Below, piece by piece: positions 25,801-34,090 of a stretch of DNA of 64,000 nucleotides. The position numbers were made by a program, and so were the translations under genes. Numbering within the stretch: the stretch's first letter is position 1; each line of letters starts with the position of its first letter. Under the pieces are notes generated by a model that was not told the DNA's origin, ran no database searches, and saw nothing but the letters and a program-made list of their open reading frames with translations. This DNA is from an uncultured Acidobacteriaceae bacterium (lineage in GTDB: Bacteria > Acidobacteriota > Terriglobia > Terriglobales > Acidobacteriaceae): assembly GCA_963772155.1 (NCBI GenBank), contig CAVYVX010000016.1, positions 8,469 to 72,468 on the forward strand, given 5' to 3'.

Positions 25801-28046
25801 ATAATAATCTTGTTTTCGATGCCGAGGGCAATCTGTATGGCACTGCCGATTCTGGCGGGGCCTACAACAATGGGGCCGTATTTGAGCTGAGTCCCCCGAC
25901 CGGACAGGGAGGAAAGTGGACGGAACAGGTGATTTACTCATTCATCGGCGCACCTGATGGAGCAAATCCGGAAAGTGGTCTCACGCCCGGCGCGAATGGC
26001 GTCTTTTACGGTGTAGCTTCAGGCTCCGGGCCGGCTGAATATGGAACGGTTTATCAGTTAACGCCCCCTGCCCCGGGCAGCAGCCAGTGGACGCTCGCAG
26101 TGTTGTTCGGCTTCAACCTGAAAGCGGCAGGCGGCAATCCGGGGGGACCGCTCGTTCTCGATGCGAGCGGGAATCTTTATGGAACGACTGCGGTGGGTGG
26201 GGATTACTCCTGTCCTTCCCCGTACAACGACGGATGCGGGGTTGTGTTCGAGTTGGTCAACTCCTCGGGCAGGTACAGCGAAAACGTGCTGCACAGCTTC
26301 ACCGGCACTGGTGGAGACGGAATCCAGCCCGAGTCCGGCTTAATCATGGACGCACTCGGCAACCTTTATGGCACCACCGAACTTGGCGGCACCCAAGGTT
26401 ATGGGACCGTGTTCGAGATTGCCAGCCCAACTACCGCAACGCCGGGCTTTACGCTTTCGGATTTGCCTGGCAGTCTGTCCATTGTTCAGGGCGCGTCCGG
26501 TACCAGCACCGTCACGGTGACCGACGTGAACGGATTCACCGGCAGCGTAACTCTGGCCGCATCGGGCTTGCCCAGCGGTGTCACCGCAGCGTTCGGCACG
26601 AACCCCACCACCGGAAGCAGCGTGCTCACGCTGACCGCGAGCAGCACGGCCACTATCGGGACGGCGACGGTGACCATTACCGGCACCTCTGGCAGCCTGA
26701 CCGCAACCACCACGCTTGCGCTCACAGTCAAAACCTTTACGGCCACTTCATTGACTTCATCGTTGAATCCGTCGAACTATGGGCAGGCGGTGACGTTTAC
26801 GGCAGCGGTTGCGCCCGCGCCGCCGAATGGAGAAACGATCACGTTTATGAACGGCATCACGGCACTGGGAACAGGGACGTTGAGTGGAGGGTCGGCTAGC
26901 TTCGCAACTTCGGCGCTGGCAGGGGGTACTTACTCGATCACGGCGGTGTACGCCGGGGACTCCAACTTCTTCGGCAGCACGTCGAACACAGTGAGCCAGA
27001 CAGTCAATCCGGTTAGTCAGAGCATCACGTTCACCACAAATGCACCGGCGAGTGCGGCGTACAACAGCAACTTCACGGTGGCGGCCAGCGCCAGCTCGGG
27101 CTTGGCGGTGACATACACATCTTCCGGGTCGTGCAGCAACTCAGGCGCGACGTACACCATGACCGGCAGCACGGGAACGTGCTCGGTGATTGCCAACCAG
27201 GCGGGCAACAGCAACTATTTGGCGGCGCCGCAGGCGACAGCGTCCGTGACTGCGACTCGGGCAAAGCAGAGCATCGTGTTCACGTATGTGCCGAGCAGCG
27301 CAGCCTATAACAGCAACTTCACGGTGGCGGCCACGGGCGGCGCCAGCGGGATCCCCGTGACCTTTACGAGTGGCGGGTCATGCAGCACTGTGGGCGCGAC
27401 GTACACCATGACGAGCGGCACGGGAACCTGCACGGTGATTGCAAACCAGGCGGGCAACAGTAACTACTCGGCGGCGCCGATGACGACAGCGTCCGTGACT
27501 GCGACTAAGGCGACGCAGAGCATCGCGTTTACCATAAACGCACCGGCGACGGCGGCCTACAACAGCAACTTCACCGTGGCGGTCAGCGCCAGCTCGGGCT
27601 TGGCGGTGGGTTACACGTCTTTCGGGTCGTGCGGCAATGCGGGCGCGACGTACACCATGACCAGCGGCAGCGGAACGTGCTCGGTGATCGCCAACCAGGC
27701 GGGTAACAACAACTACTTGGCGGCAACGCCGGTCACGCAGAACGTGACTGCGACTCCGGCGACGCAGAGCATCACGTTCACCCGGAACGCACCGGCGAGT
27801 GCGGCGTACAACAGCAGCTTCACCGTAGCGGCCAGCGCCAGCTCGGGTCTGGCGGTGACTTACACGTCTTCCGGGGTGTGCAGCAATGTGGGTGCGACTT
27901 ACACCATGACGAGCGGCATGGGAACGTGCTCGGTGATTGCCAACCAGGCGGGCAACGGCAACTACTCGGCGGCGACGCCGGTTACGCAGAGCGTGATTGC
28001 GGACAAAGGCACGCATAGGCCGCGAAAGCTGGTGGACCCACGGTGA
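22818..28046 (+). CDS. giant secreted S53 (sedolisin) peptidase with Ig-like modules, GloVer-type repeats and 83-aa tandem repeats
   Basis: Pro-kumamolisin-like propeptide (LDRLYDPTSPDYRQFLS). Ser motif GGTSFAAP. Three about 95-aa Ig-like modules. Seven G-x-[LF]-Y-G...G-T-[VI]-[FY]-[EQ]-L repeats. A Big_3-like domain. Four 83-aa repeats. ATG at 22818. An alternative GTG at 22929 gives a cleaner signal peptide. Confidence 0.8.
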   Translation: MNNSAPHRRWISGIRAGAPQSALSLSKGLALFEKWDRVCAIRAALALAILPFTIPGQAQPSPQVLHNHVRPVVARGQAVPVGHLPLTQHLQLAIMLPLRNQAELTSLLDRLYDPTSPDYRQFLSVAQFTKRFGPTEQDYQAVVDFAKANGFKVTNRPPNRLLVDVNGSVEQINKAFHVTMMVYRHPTEGRTFYSPNREPSLNLSVPVSHIAGLDNFSIPRPMLMRAPAGKAIRSNLTGSGPGGSYLGSDMRAAYYGGAAFTGNGQAVGLLEFGGYNLSDVDLTFTTAGQAVPSVPINNVLLDGASGGANGNDTEEVLDIVQAISMAPGLSQLRVYIGSSDVDIFNQMATENLCQQLSVSWAWYPDDPSSDDPIFQEFAAQGQSIFVASGDWGSYPSSTKPYYFPAEDAYVTAVGGTDLTTTGPGGPWLSETAWTPDSGGGISPDGILIPSWQAGMANTSNDGSTTYRNVPDVAAEANFDNYACNMGVCEGGWGGTSFAAPRWAGFMTLVNQQAVEANNPTVGFINPAIYTIGEGSSYNSDLHDIVNGNNCDGGTPCYYAVTGYDLVTGWGSPNGQNLINALAGFAAPGFTLVASPSGLSIEQGALSTTTITVHDLGGFTDSVDMAISNLPSGVTAQWGTNPTTETSVLTLTASGTATLGTAYVTITGTSGTLVTTTTIALTVIPNFALSANPSILTIQQGVSDTTTITVTDVSGFSGSVTLAVSGLPNGVTAQWSTNPTTGTSVLTLTASATAALGTTTVTITGSSPGVQSATTTLTLTVIPFTSAAQENILLSFNGLDGMTSLSGLVAGPSGNFYGVTSIGGHGNCADWGGGAGCGTVYELTSPAESGGAWTETVLYNFQGGADGDEVVASLILDAQGNLYGVTELGGGGSCTYGCGTIFELSPPATQGGSWTKTTLYTFQGGMTDGSYPEGTLVFDAKGNLYGTSFFGGGPNCGGYGCGTVFELSPSKTGGGWSETALHVFVGPDNGDGYLPNNNLVFDAEGNLYGTADSGGAYNNGAVFELSPPTGQGGKWTEQVIYSFIGAPDGANPESGLTPGANGVFYGVASGSGPAEYGTVYQLTPPAPGSSQWTLAVLFGFNLKAAGGNPGGPLVLDASGNLYGTTAVGGDYSCPSPYNDGCGVVFELVNSSGRYSENVLHSFTGTGGDGIQPESGLIMDALGNLYGTTELGGTQGYGTVFEIASPTTATPGFTLSDLPGSLSIVQGASGTSTVTVTDVNGFTGSVTLAASGLPSGVTAAFGTNPTTGSSVLTLTASSTATIGTATVTITGTSGSLTATTTLALTVKTFTATSLTSSLNPSNYGQAVTFTAAVAPAPPNGETITFMNGITALGTGTLSGGSASFATSALAGGTYSITAVYAGDSNFFGSTSNTVSQTVNPVSQSITFTTNAPASAAYNSNFTVAASASSGLAVTYTSSGSCSNSGATYTMTGSTGTCSVIANQAGNSNYLAAPQATASVTATRAKQSIVFTYVPSSAAYNSNFTVAATGGASGIPVTFTSGGSCSTVGATYTMTSGTGTCTVIANQAGNSNYSAAPMTTASVTATKATQSIAFTINAPATAAYNSNFTVAVSASSGLAVGYTSFGSCGNAGATYTMTSGSGTCSVIANQAGNNNYLAATPVTQNVTATPATQSITFTRNAPASAAYNSSFTVAASASSGLAVTYTSSGVCSNVGATYTMTSGMGTCSVIANQAGNGNYSAATPVTQSVIADKGTHRPRKLVDPR
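27018..28015 (+). repeat. four tandem 249-bp coding repeats
   Basis: Units start at 27018, 27267, 27516 and 27765 (QSI[TVA]FT...SV[TI]A[TD][RKP][AG][KT]). Similarity to the repeat consensus stops after ACGCA at 28011-28015. Confidence 0.8.
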
Positions 28047-28362
28047 GCTTCCCCGGCCCAGGCTCGGCCGGTTGCCCTGGTCCTACGATCAAGTGTGGCG
28101 CGTGTACCAGAAAGCCGGTGCTAAAGCTGGCATCGGCGGGCTCGGTACGCACTCGCTGCGTCACACGTATAGAAGTTGGCTGGACAGTGTAGGGACCCCG
28201 ATAGCCGTACAGCAAAAACTCATGCGTCACGCGGACATCCGTACCACAATGAATATTTACGGGGACATCGTGACGGATGAAATGGCCGTAGCGAGCGGGA
28301 AAGTTGCTCGGTTAGCGCTGAACGGCACGGGAAGCGGCACGGGAACCACCGCAACTGATTGA
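28016..28362 (+). pseudogene. tyrosine recombinase (phage integrase) C-terminal remnant
   Basis: GTHSLRHTYRSWL...LMRHADIRTTMNIYG holds the HxxR box and catalytic Tyr region. The N-terminal two thirds or more are missing. Lies 5 nt from the tRNA-Lys 3-prime end. Confidence 0.75.
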
Positions 28363-28367
28363 AAAGA

Positions 28368-28443
<76 letters not shown>

Positions 28444-28496
28444 ACTGCCTGCGGCAAGCTGGCGGGAAATTTAGATTGTATCATCCGTTGTGCGCC

Positions 28497-28695
28497 GTCA
28501 TTGTGCGCGATGGGAATCGGGTACCAGGACCGGCGCATTAAATTCCTTTTCCAACTGCGCGGGATTAAGCGCGGCCAAGACCAGGTTGAACGTGTCGCGC
28601 GAGGGAATGCCCGAAGGCAAGGGCAAAAACGTCTTCAGCCACTCGATCTTGGCCTTGGCCGCTCGAAGAACACGCCGAACGGCGCCCTCCGCCGA
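28497..28695 (-). pseudogene. ISAs1-family transposase N-terminal fragment
   Basis: Own translation: SAEGAVRRVLRAAKAKIEWLKTFLPLPSGIPSRDTFNLVLAALNPAQLEKEF. It matches the ISAs1/H-repeat motif FL.LP.GIPSHDTF. Bounded by in-frame stops, with no DDE domain. Confidence 0.5.
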
Positions 28696-28842
28696 TCACC
28701 ACCGCGCAGCAACGAAAAACCCCGATGCCCCGCATCCATAACCTCTCCGGCCGCCCCGCTTTGGCGGCCGTTAATTAAACGATAAGGGGTGACAAAGTCT
28801 GGTTGCAGTTAATACGACATTTTCTCGTTGCAGCAACACAAC

Positions 28843-29241
28843 TCACGGCCCACCTTGCAAGAGAACAACCGGCTGACTGGATTTCGAATAGAAATGGCAA
28901 TCGAAACAATCAGGATGCAGGTTCACGGCGTTGTGGCACTTGTCGCAGAACCGGGTCTTGTCCTTGTGGCACTGGCTGCAACTATTCAAGGTGACCTCGT
29001 TTCGGATCCCATCCCGCACCGCCTTGTCCCTGAGTTCGTAGAGAAGGACCTTGTGGTTCTGTCGCATCCAGCCGATGTCTCGGACACAGCGCTCGGAGGG
29101 GGAAGACGAAACCTCCAGGAACGGTTTTTGGGGAAATATGGAGAGCCATGCGAAACGCCCCGCGCTGTACGCGAATGGGGACAGAATGATGACACCTGCG
29201 AGGGCTGGAAAAAGCCATGCCGGAGGTCTATTCGGCTTCAT
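28843..29241 (-). CDS. membrane-anchored triheme cytochrome c, DsrJ-like
   Basis: ATG at 29239-29241 lies 5 nt after GGAGG. N-terminal anchor AWLFPALAGVIILSPF. Three CxxCH motifs (CSQCH, CDKCH, CFDCH) in the last 45 aa. Extra Cys in SERCVRD. Overlaps the qmoC stop by 14 nt. Confidence 0.6.
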   Translation of the reverse strand: MKPNRPPAWLFPALAGVIILSPFAYSAGRFAWLSIFPQKPFLEVSSSPSERCVRDIGWMRQNHKVLLYELRDKAVRDGIRNEVTLNSCSQCHKDKTRFCDKCHNAVNLHPDCFDCHFYSKSSQPVVLLQGGP

Positions 29242-30430
29242 GAAGACCTCCCAGCGGCTGCCGGCCAGTATGCTCTGCATACACCATCGCAGTGGCGCGG
29301 TAGATCATGTGGGCGAACTTGGAGTAGGGCAGCAGCACCAGCAGCGCGAACACAGTTGCGAGGTGGATGACGTACATCGCATAGCGGAGCGGGTCCACGC
29401 GCGCGTAGTGGAGAACCTCGCATCCGAATCCCGTAAGCACCGCAGCCGCCGCTAAGCCAAGAAACGTCCAATCGAACCAGGTTCCCTTACGGCCCGTGCC
29501 AGGCATTCGGTCGCGAACCATTCTGTCGCGGATCATGAGGGCGCACCCGATCAGGAGGGCGACACCCGCCAAATTGGCGAGGATCTTCCAGGGGCTCCAA
29601 AAGTTGAAGGGGTAAGCGAAACCATTCCCGAGCAGCGGGTTGAATCGAGCGGTCAGTACCCAGAGGTCCACGACGAGCAAGCCCAGAAAGCCAAAAAGAA
29701 CGAGCCGGTGGGAATTCATCCGCGACCGTTCAGCCGTGCACAGATCAAAGTCCTCATGCAGGATGATCCTGCGCAACGCCGATCGAACGCTCGCCATAAG
29801 CGATTGCGTTCGGCCCGTGCGTCCGGCCGCGCGGTCGCACGCCTTCAGGTCGCGCCAGAAGCGCATCACGCCCCAAGCCATTGCCACCGCATCCAGGAGC
29901 GCGAATGGCGCGAAAAATCCGATCAGGAGCCACTGCGGCAGTTGGCTCCAGTACGAAATGACGATGTGATTCGGGGTGGACGAAGCGGCGAAATACTTTT
30001 CCAATGGCGCGCGTATCCACACCATCAAACCCAGCAGTATGCACGGAATAAGCAGCAGGAGCGGCAGAGAACCAGGCCGGTTCACCCAATTGCCCAGCCA
30101 GCGCGGCACGCTGTAATGGACAATGGCTTCCCTCCGAATCGCCGCCATTACATCCCCTGGCCGCGCACCACGCGGGCAACGCAAGGAGCAGTCGTTGCAC
30201 TGATAGCAAAGCCAGACGTCTGGATCCGCGAGCAGCCGGTCTTTCAGGCCCCACTGCGCCCAAATCATTTCTTTTCGCGGAAAAGGCTTCTGGGCGCCGG
30301 AGAGTTCGCAAACCACCGAGCACATGGCGCATTGGAAACACTTCTTGAGGTCTTCGCCTCCGCTCGCCATGAGGCGATTGCGGAACTCTCTATCCGGCAG
30401 TATGCAAGCGGGAGTGGGCGTCGTCGTCAT
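29228..30430 (-). CDS. qmoC: quinone-interacting membrane-bound oxidoreductase subunit C
   Basis: HdrC-like CFQCAMCSVVCE and CYQCNDCSLRCP, followed by a multi-helix NarI/HdrE-like membrane domain. Position after qmoB. Confidence 0.85.
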   Translation of the reverse strand: MTTTPTPACILPDREFRNRLMASGGEDLKKCFQCAMCSVVCELSGAQKPFPRKEMIWAQWGLKDRLLADPDVWLCYQCNDCSLRCPRGARPGDVMAAIRREAIVHYSVPRWLGNWVNRPGSLPLLLLIPCILLGLMVWIRAPLEKYFAASSTPNHIVISYWSQLPQWLLIGFFAPFALLDAVAMAWGVMRFWRDLKACDRAAGRTGRTQSLMASVRSALRRIILHEDFDLCTAERSRMNSHRLVLFGFLGLLVVDLWVLTARFNPLLGNGFAYPFNFWSPWKILANLAGVALLIGCALMIRDRMVRDRMPGTGRKGTWFDWTFLGLAAAAVLTGFGCEVLHYARVDPLRYAMYVIHLATVFALLVLLPYSKFAHMIYRATAMVYAEHTGRQPLGGLHEAE

Positions 30431-30436
30431 CTTTTG

Positions 30437-32716
30437 TCAGCCCTTGAATGGGTTGAGACCCACGGCATCGATCTGCGCGGCAAACTCGTCGATGAGCGCC
30501 GGCAGCCGGTGGTAATCGGAAAGGGCGATTTCCTCGATGCGTACCCGCTGCTCCTCCAGAGCGAGTTGAAGAAGTTTCTGGCGTATGTTCTCACTGCGCG
30601 TACCCATCAACTCGCTGCCTCGTATGAAGTGGCACTGGTAGTCGTCGCCCGACTTGCATCCCAGCAGCAGGATGCCGTCGAATCCGTGCGCCAGCGCGTC
30701 GGCAATCCAGATCACATTGACCGCTCCCAAACACCGCACTGGAATCACGCGCACAAAAGGACTATAGCGAAGACGAGCGATGCCGGCGGCCTCCAGTGCG
30801 GGCAATGCGTCGTTTTCGCACGCCAGAATTAAGAGCCGCGGCTTCTCCTCGAATGCGTCGGGAATGTTCACCGCTTTGATCATCGAGGAGACGATGTCGA
30901 TCGAATAATCGCCAAATGAAATGATGCGCTCCGGGCAAGCGCCGAGACAGATGCCGCAGCGGCGGCAGCGCCCCGGATTCGGAAGCGGAGTGCCTTTGTC
31001 GTCCTCGTCGAGGCTGCCAAAGGGACACTCCTCAGTGCAGCGTTGGCACTGCGTGCAGCGCTGCATGTAAAAATCCGGGAAGGACAGATCGCCCCATCGC
31101 GGATGCAGGGTGACTCCCCGCGCGGTCAGCTCCACACATTGGATCGCCTTGAGCACCGCTCCCTCGGCGTCCGCGAGGCAGCCCTCTATATCGTTGGGCG
31201 CGCGCATACAGCCCGCCGCATAGATACCCGTCCGCCGCGTCTCGTAAGGGAAACAGATGAAGTGCGAATCGGGAAATCCGCCAGGCAACATCGGAAGGTC
31301 GGGACCCTGCCGATAGGTCAAGCGGAGCAGGTCCGTGCCCTCGTGCTGCCCCTGGTCCGCCACAAGCTGGCGTGCCCCGTCCAGTTGGGGCCCTGGTTGC
31401 CCCTTGTCAATGATGGCCCTGGCAATGATGGCCTTGGCATCGCGGACCTTCCGAATCGCTTCGCCATCGGCGGCAACCGGCACCATTCCCGTCGCCAGCA
31501 CCACGAGATCGGCCTCAACCTGGATTGAGGGTCCAAGCAGAGTGTTCTCGACGTTCACTTGCAGCCCCCGCGCGCTGCCGGCCTCAGCCGTAGTAACCGA
31601 GATCACATCCCCTTTCATCATGGATATTCCGGGGTCTTCTTGAGCGCGGCGATAGAAATCCTCGGACTGCCCCGGCGTGCGGATGTCTTTGTAGAAAATG
31701 TAGGCTTCAGCTTCCGGATCCAGCTCACGGGCCCACAGCGCCTGTTTCAGAGATACCCGACAACATACCGCGGAGCAGTAGGGAAGATGGGCTGCATCGC
31801 GCGATCCGGCACACTGCACGAATGCAATTCGCCGGGCTGGCCTGCCGTCGGATGGACGGCAAATCTGGCCCGTGGCCGCCAGACGTTCCATCTCGACATT
31901 GGTGATCACGTCGGGACTCCGGCCATAGCCAAGATGACCCAAGCGCGAGGCGTCATACGGCTTCCACCCGGTGGCCTGAACGATAGCTCCGGCTTGGGTA
32001 TGGACCGTCGAACCGTTGATAACCAACTCGACATCGAACTGACCGGGCTGGCCGCTGATGCTCTTGATCGCGGCAGATCGGTGAATCTGGATGCGGGGGT
32101 CTTTCTCCAACTGGAGAATCCAGTCGTTGAGATCGATGGCCTCCAGATCCCGGTACGGCGCGCTCTTGGGGAACTGTCGTTTGAAGGAGCGCAGCCATCC
32201 CCCGAGTTCGACCTCTTTCTCAACCAGCACGACCCGATAGCCTGCGCGGCTGGCCTCTCTGGCGGCGACCATCCCGCTGGGCCCACCGCCAACAACAAGG
32301 ATGGTACGGTCGGCGGCGATTTTGGCCGGTTCCCGAATCTCGGCCTTGAGCGCGCGCGCGATTCCCATGCGCAGGTTGTCCTCGGCAAGCATCTGCGTGT
32401 CTTCGTTGTGGGGTTCGTGGCTCCAAACCACCAACTCGCGCAAGTTCACCCTTTCCACGAAGCAAGAATCGAAGGAAAAAGTCTGGGAGTGAAAACGCCC
32501 TGAACAACCCGCAATGACCACCGATGCAAAACCGGACTGGATTCGCTCTTTGATCTGCGCCACTCCCTCATCGCCACAAAGAAACGAATGAGAGCGGCAA
32601 AGGCCCACGCAGCGCTCTTCAGCGGCAACTTTCTCGATGGCCGCCATGTCGAGCGAAGATCCGATGTCGCATCCGCCACAGATGAAGACCGCGACGTTTT
32701 TTTTCTCGTCAGCCAC
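30437..32716 (-). CDS. qmoB: quinone-interacting membrane-bound oxidoreductase subunit B (HdrA-like)
   Basis: MADEKKNVAVFICGGCDIG. FAD motif ILVVGGGPSGM. Ferredoxin motifs CTQCQRCTEECP and CRRCGICLGACP. MvhD-like C-terminus. Confidence 0.85.
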   Translation of the reverse strand: MADEKKNVAVFICGGCDIGSSLDMAAIEKVAAEERCVGLCRSHSFLCGDEGVAQIKERIQSGFASVVIAGCSGRFHSQTFSFDSCFVERVNLRELVVWSHEPHNEDTQMLAEDNLRMGIARALKAEIREPAKIAADRTILVVGGGPSGMVAAREASRAGYRVVLVEKEVELGGWLRSFKRQFPKSAPYRDLEAIDLNDWILQLEKDPRIQIHRSAAIKSISGQPGQFDVELVINGSTVHTQAGAIVQATGWKPYDASRLGHLGYGRSPDVITNVEMERLAATGQICRPSDGRPARRIAFVQCAGSRDAAHLPYCSAVCCRVSLKQALWARELDPEAEAYIFYKDIRTPGQSEDFYRRAQEDPGISMMKGDVISVTTAEAGSARGLQVNVENTLLGPSIQVEADLVVLATGMVPVAADGEAIRKVRDAKAIIARAIIDKGQPGPQLDGARQLVADQGQHEGTDLLRLTYRQGPDLPMLPGGFPDSHFICFPYETRRTGIYAAGCMRAPNDIEGCLADAEGAVLKAIQCVELTARGVTLHPRWGDLSFPDFYMQRCTQCQRCTEECPFGSLDEDDKGTPLPNPGRCRRCGICLGACPERIISFGDYSIDIVSSMIKAVNIPDAFEEKPRLLILACENDALPALEAAGIARLRYSPFVRVIPVRCLGAVNVIWIADALAHGFDGILLLGCKSGDDYQCHFIRGSELMGTRSENIRQKLLQLALEEQRVRIEEIALSDYHRLPALIDEFAAQIDAVGLNPFKG

Positions 32717-33995
32717 GATGAGGACTCACGCAATACTGGAGAGCTTTGAGCGCGGCGCTCGACGCATCGCGCACACAGGATGCGACGTCCATCGGACGCC
32801 GGGCACATCCCGCCGCAAAATGACCGGGCAGCGGCTGCGTACCCGACAAAAAACCATGGGGATCGCGGCTCAGCGCGCCCGACGGCAAAGCCGGATCTTT
32901 CCCAAGCGCCGGGACCATGCCCGCCGCCAGCACCACCAGACTTACTTTTTGGCGAATGCGGCTTTCGGCCAGCACGTCCTCAGCCTCGACCACCAAGTCG
33001 CCCGACGCTCCTTCCTCGGTTACCTTGGCCACTTTGCCTTTGATGAGATGAAGCTTGTCGTCCTTTTGGGATTCGGCAAGAAACAGCTCTTGCCTGCCCG
33101 GGGAGCGGAGGTCGATGTAGTAGACATAAATGTGGGCGTCCGGATATTGCGCCCGCACATACCTGGCTTGCTTGAGCGACGCCATGCAACAGACGCTGGA
33201 GCAGTGTTTGAGGTGGTTGTCGTCGCGCGACCCGGCGCACTGCACGAAGGCCACGCTTTCGATCTCCTTGCCATCGGAAGGACGGACGATCCGGCCTTTT
33301 GTAGGTCCAGATGGCGCCGCGAGTCGTTCCATCTGTACGTTGGAGACCATGTTGGCGTGGGCACCCAACCCCTCGACCACGCTCGCATCGAAGGGGTTCC
33401 ATCCCGTGGCCCATATTAGAGCCTGGACCTCAAACTCAAGGCGGAGCGCGGCCATCCGCAGGTTGATAGCATCGTAGGGGCAAGCCGCCACGCACTTGCC
33501 GCACTGCTCACCGACGCAGGTGGCGGGATCGATCGTGTATCGAAAGGGCCAGGCTAGGTCGCTGGGAAGGTATATGGCGCGGGTCGCTCCCATGCCGTAG
33601 TTGAATGCGTCGGAGCGCGATTCCGGACAGACCGCGACGCAGTCTCCGCAGGCCGTGCACCGTTCATTCACGAATCGTGGCTGCTGCTCGACCGTCACCC
33701 GATGGCAGCCGTCTTCGGTCCGCACCTCGGTCCGCACCTCTGCCACTTCCGACAAGGTAAGGCATCGGATGCGCGCGCTGCTGCGAATTCGCCGGAGGTT
33801 GATTTCGAGGCCGCACAACGGTGGGCAGAGTTTGGGAAAGTACTGATGCATCTGCGCCACGCGCCCGCCGAGATAAGCGCTGCGCTCGACGAGGATGACG
33901 TCGCACCCGGCCTCCGATGCCTCGATGGCGGCGGTGATGCCCGTGATCCCGCCGCCCACGACCATCACTGTGCCACGGCTGTCGCATCCTCTCAT
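32709..33995 (-). CDS. qmoA: quinone-interacting membrane-bound oxidoreductase subunit A (HdrA-like)
   Basis: VMVVGGGITGITAAIE. CTACGDCVAVCP and CGKCVAACP. An 8-nt overlap with qmoB. Confidence 0.85.
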   Translation of the reverse strand: MRGCDSRGTVMVVGGGITGITAAIEASEAGCDVILVERSAYLGGRVAQMHQYFPKLCPPLCGLEINLRRIRSSARIRCLTLSEVAEVRTEVRTEDGCHRVTVEQQPRFVNERCTACGDCVAVCPESRSDAFNYGMGATRAIYLPSDLAWPFRYTIDPATCVGEQCGKCVAACPYDAINLRMAALRLEFEVQALIWATGWNPFDASVVEGLGAHANMVSNVQMERLAAPSGPTKGRIVRPSDGKEIESVAFVQCAGSRDDNHLKHCSSVCCMASLKQARYVRAQYPDAHIYVYYIDLRSPGRQELFLAESQKDDKLHLIKGKVAKVTEEGASGDLVVEAEDVLAESRIRQKVSLVVLAAGMVPALGKDPALPSGALSRDPHGFLSGTQPLPGHFAAGCARRPMDVASCVRDASSAALKALQYCVSPHRG

Positions 33996-34090
33996 GGATT
34001 ACGTTCCCTTCATGGGGAGGGATCGAGCGCGTTGCGCTGGCTGCCCACTGCACGGACGATTGGATGAATCCGAAGCCGAAGCCGAATCCT

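Noticed and set aside
27378-28016. 212-aa Arg-rich minus-strand ORF with internal repeats
   Set aside because: It is the antisense shadow of the 249-bp tandem coding repeats of the S53 gene.
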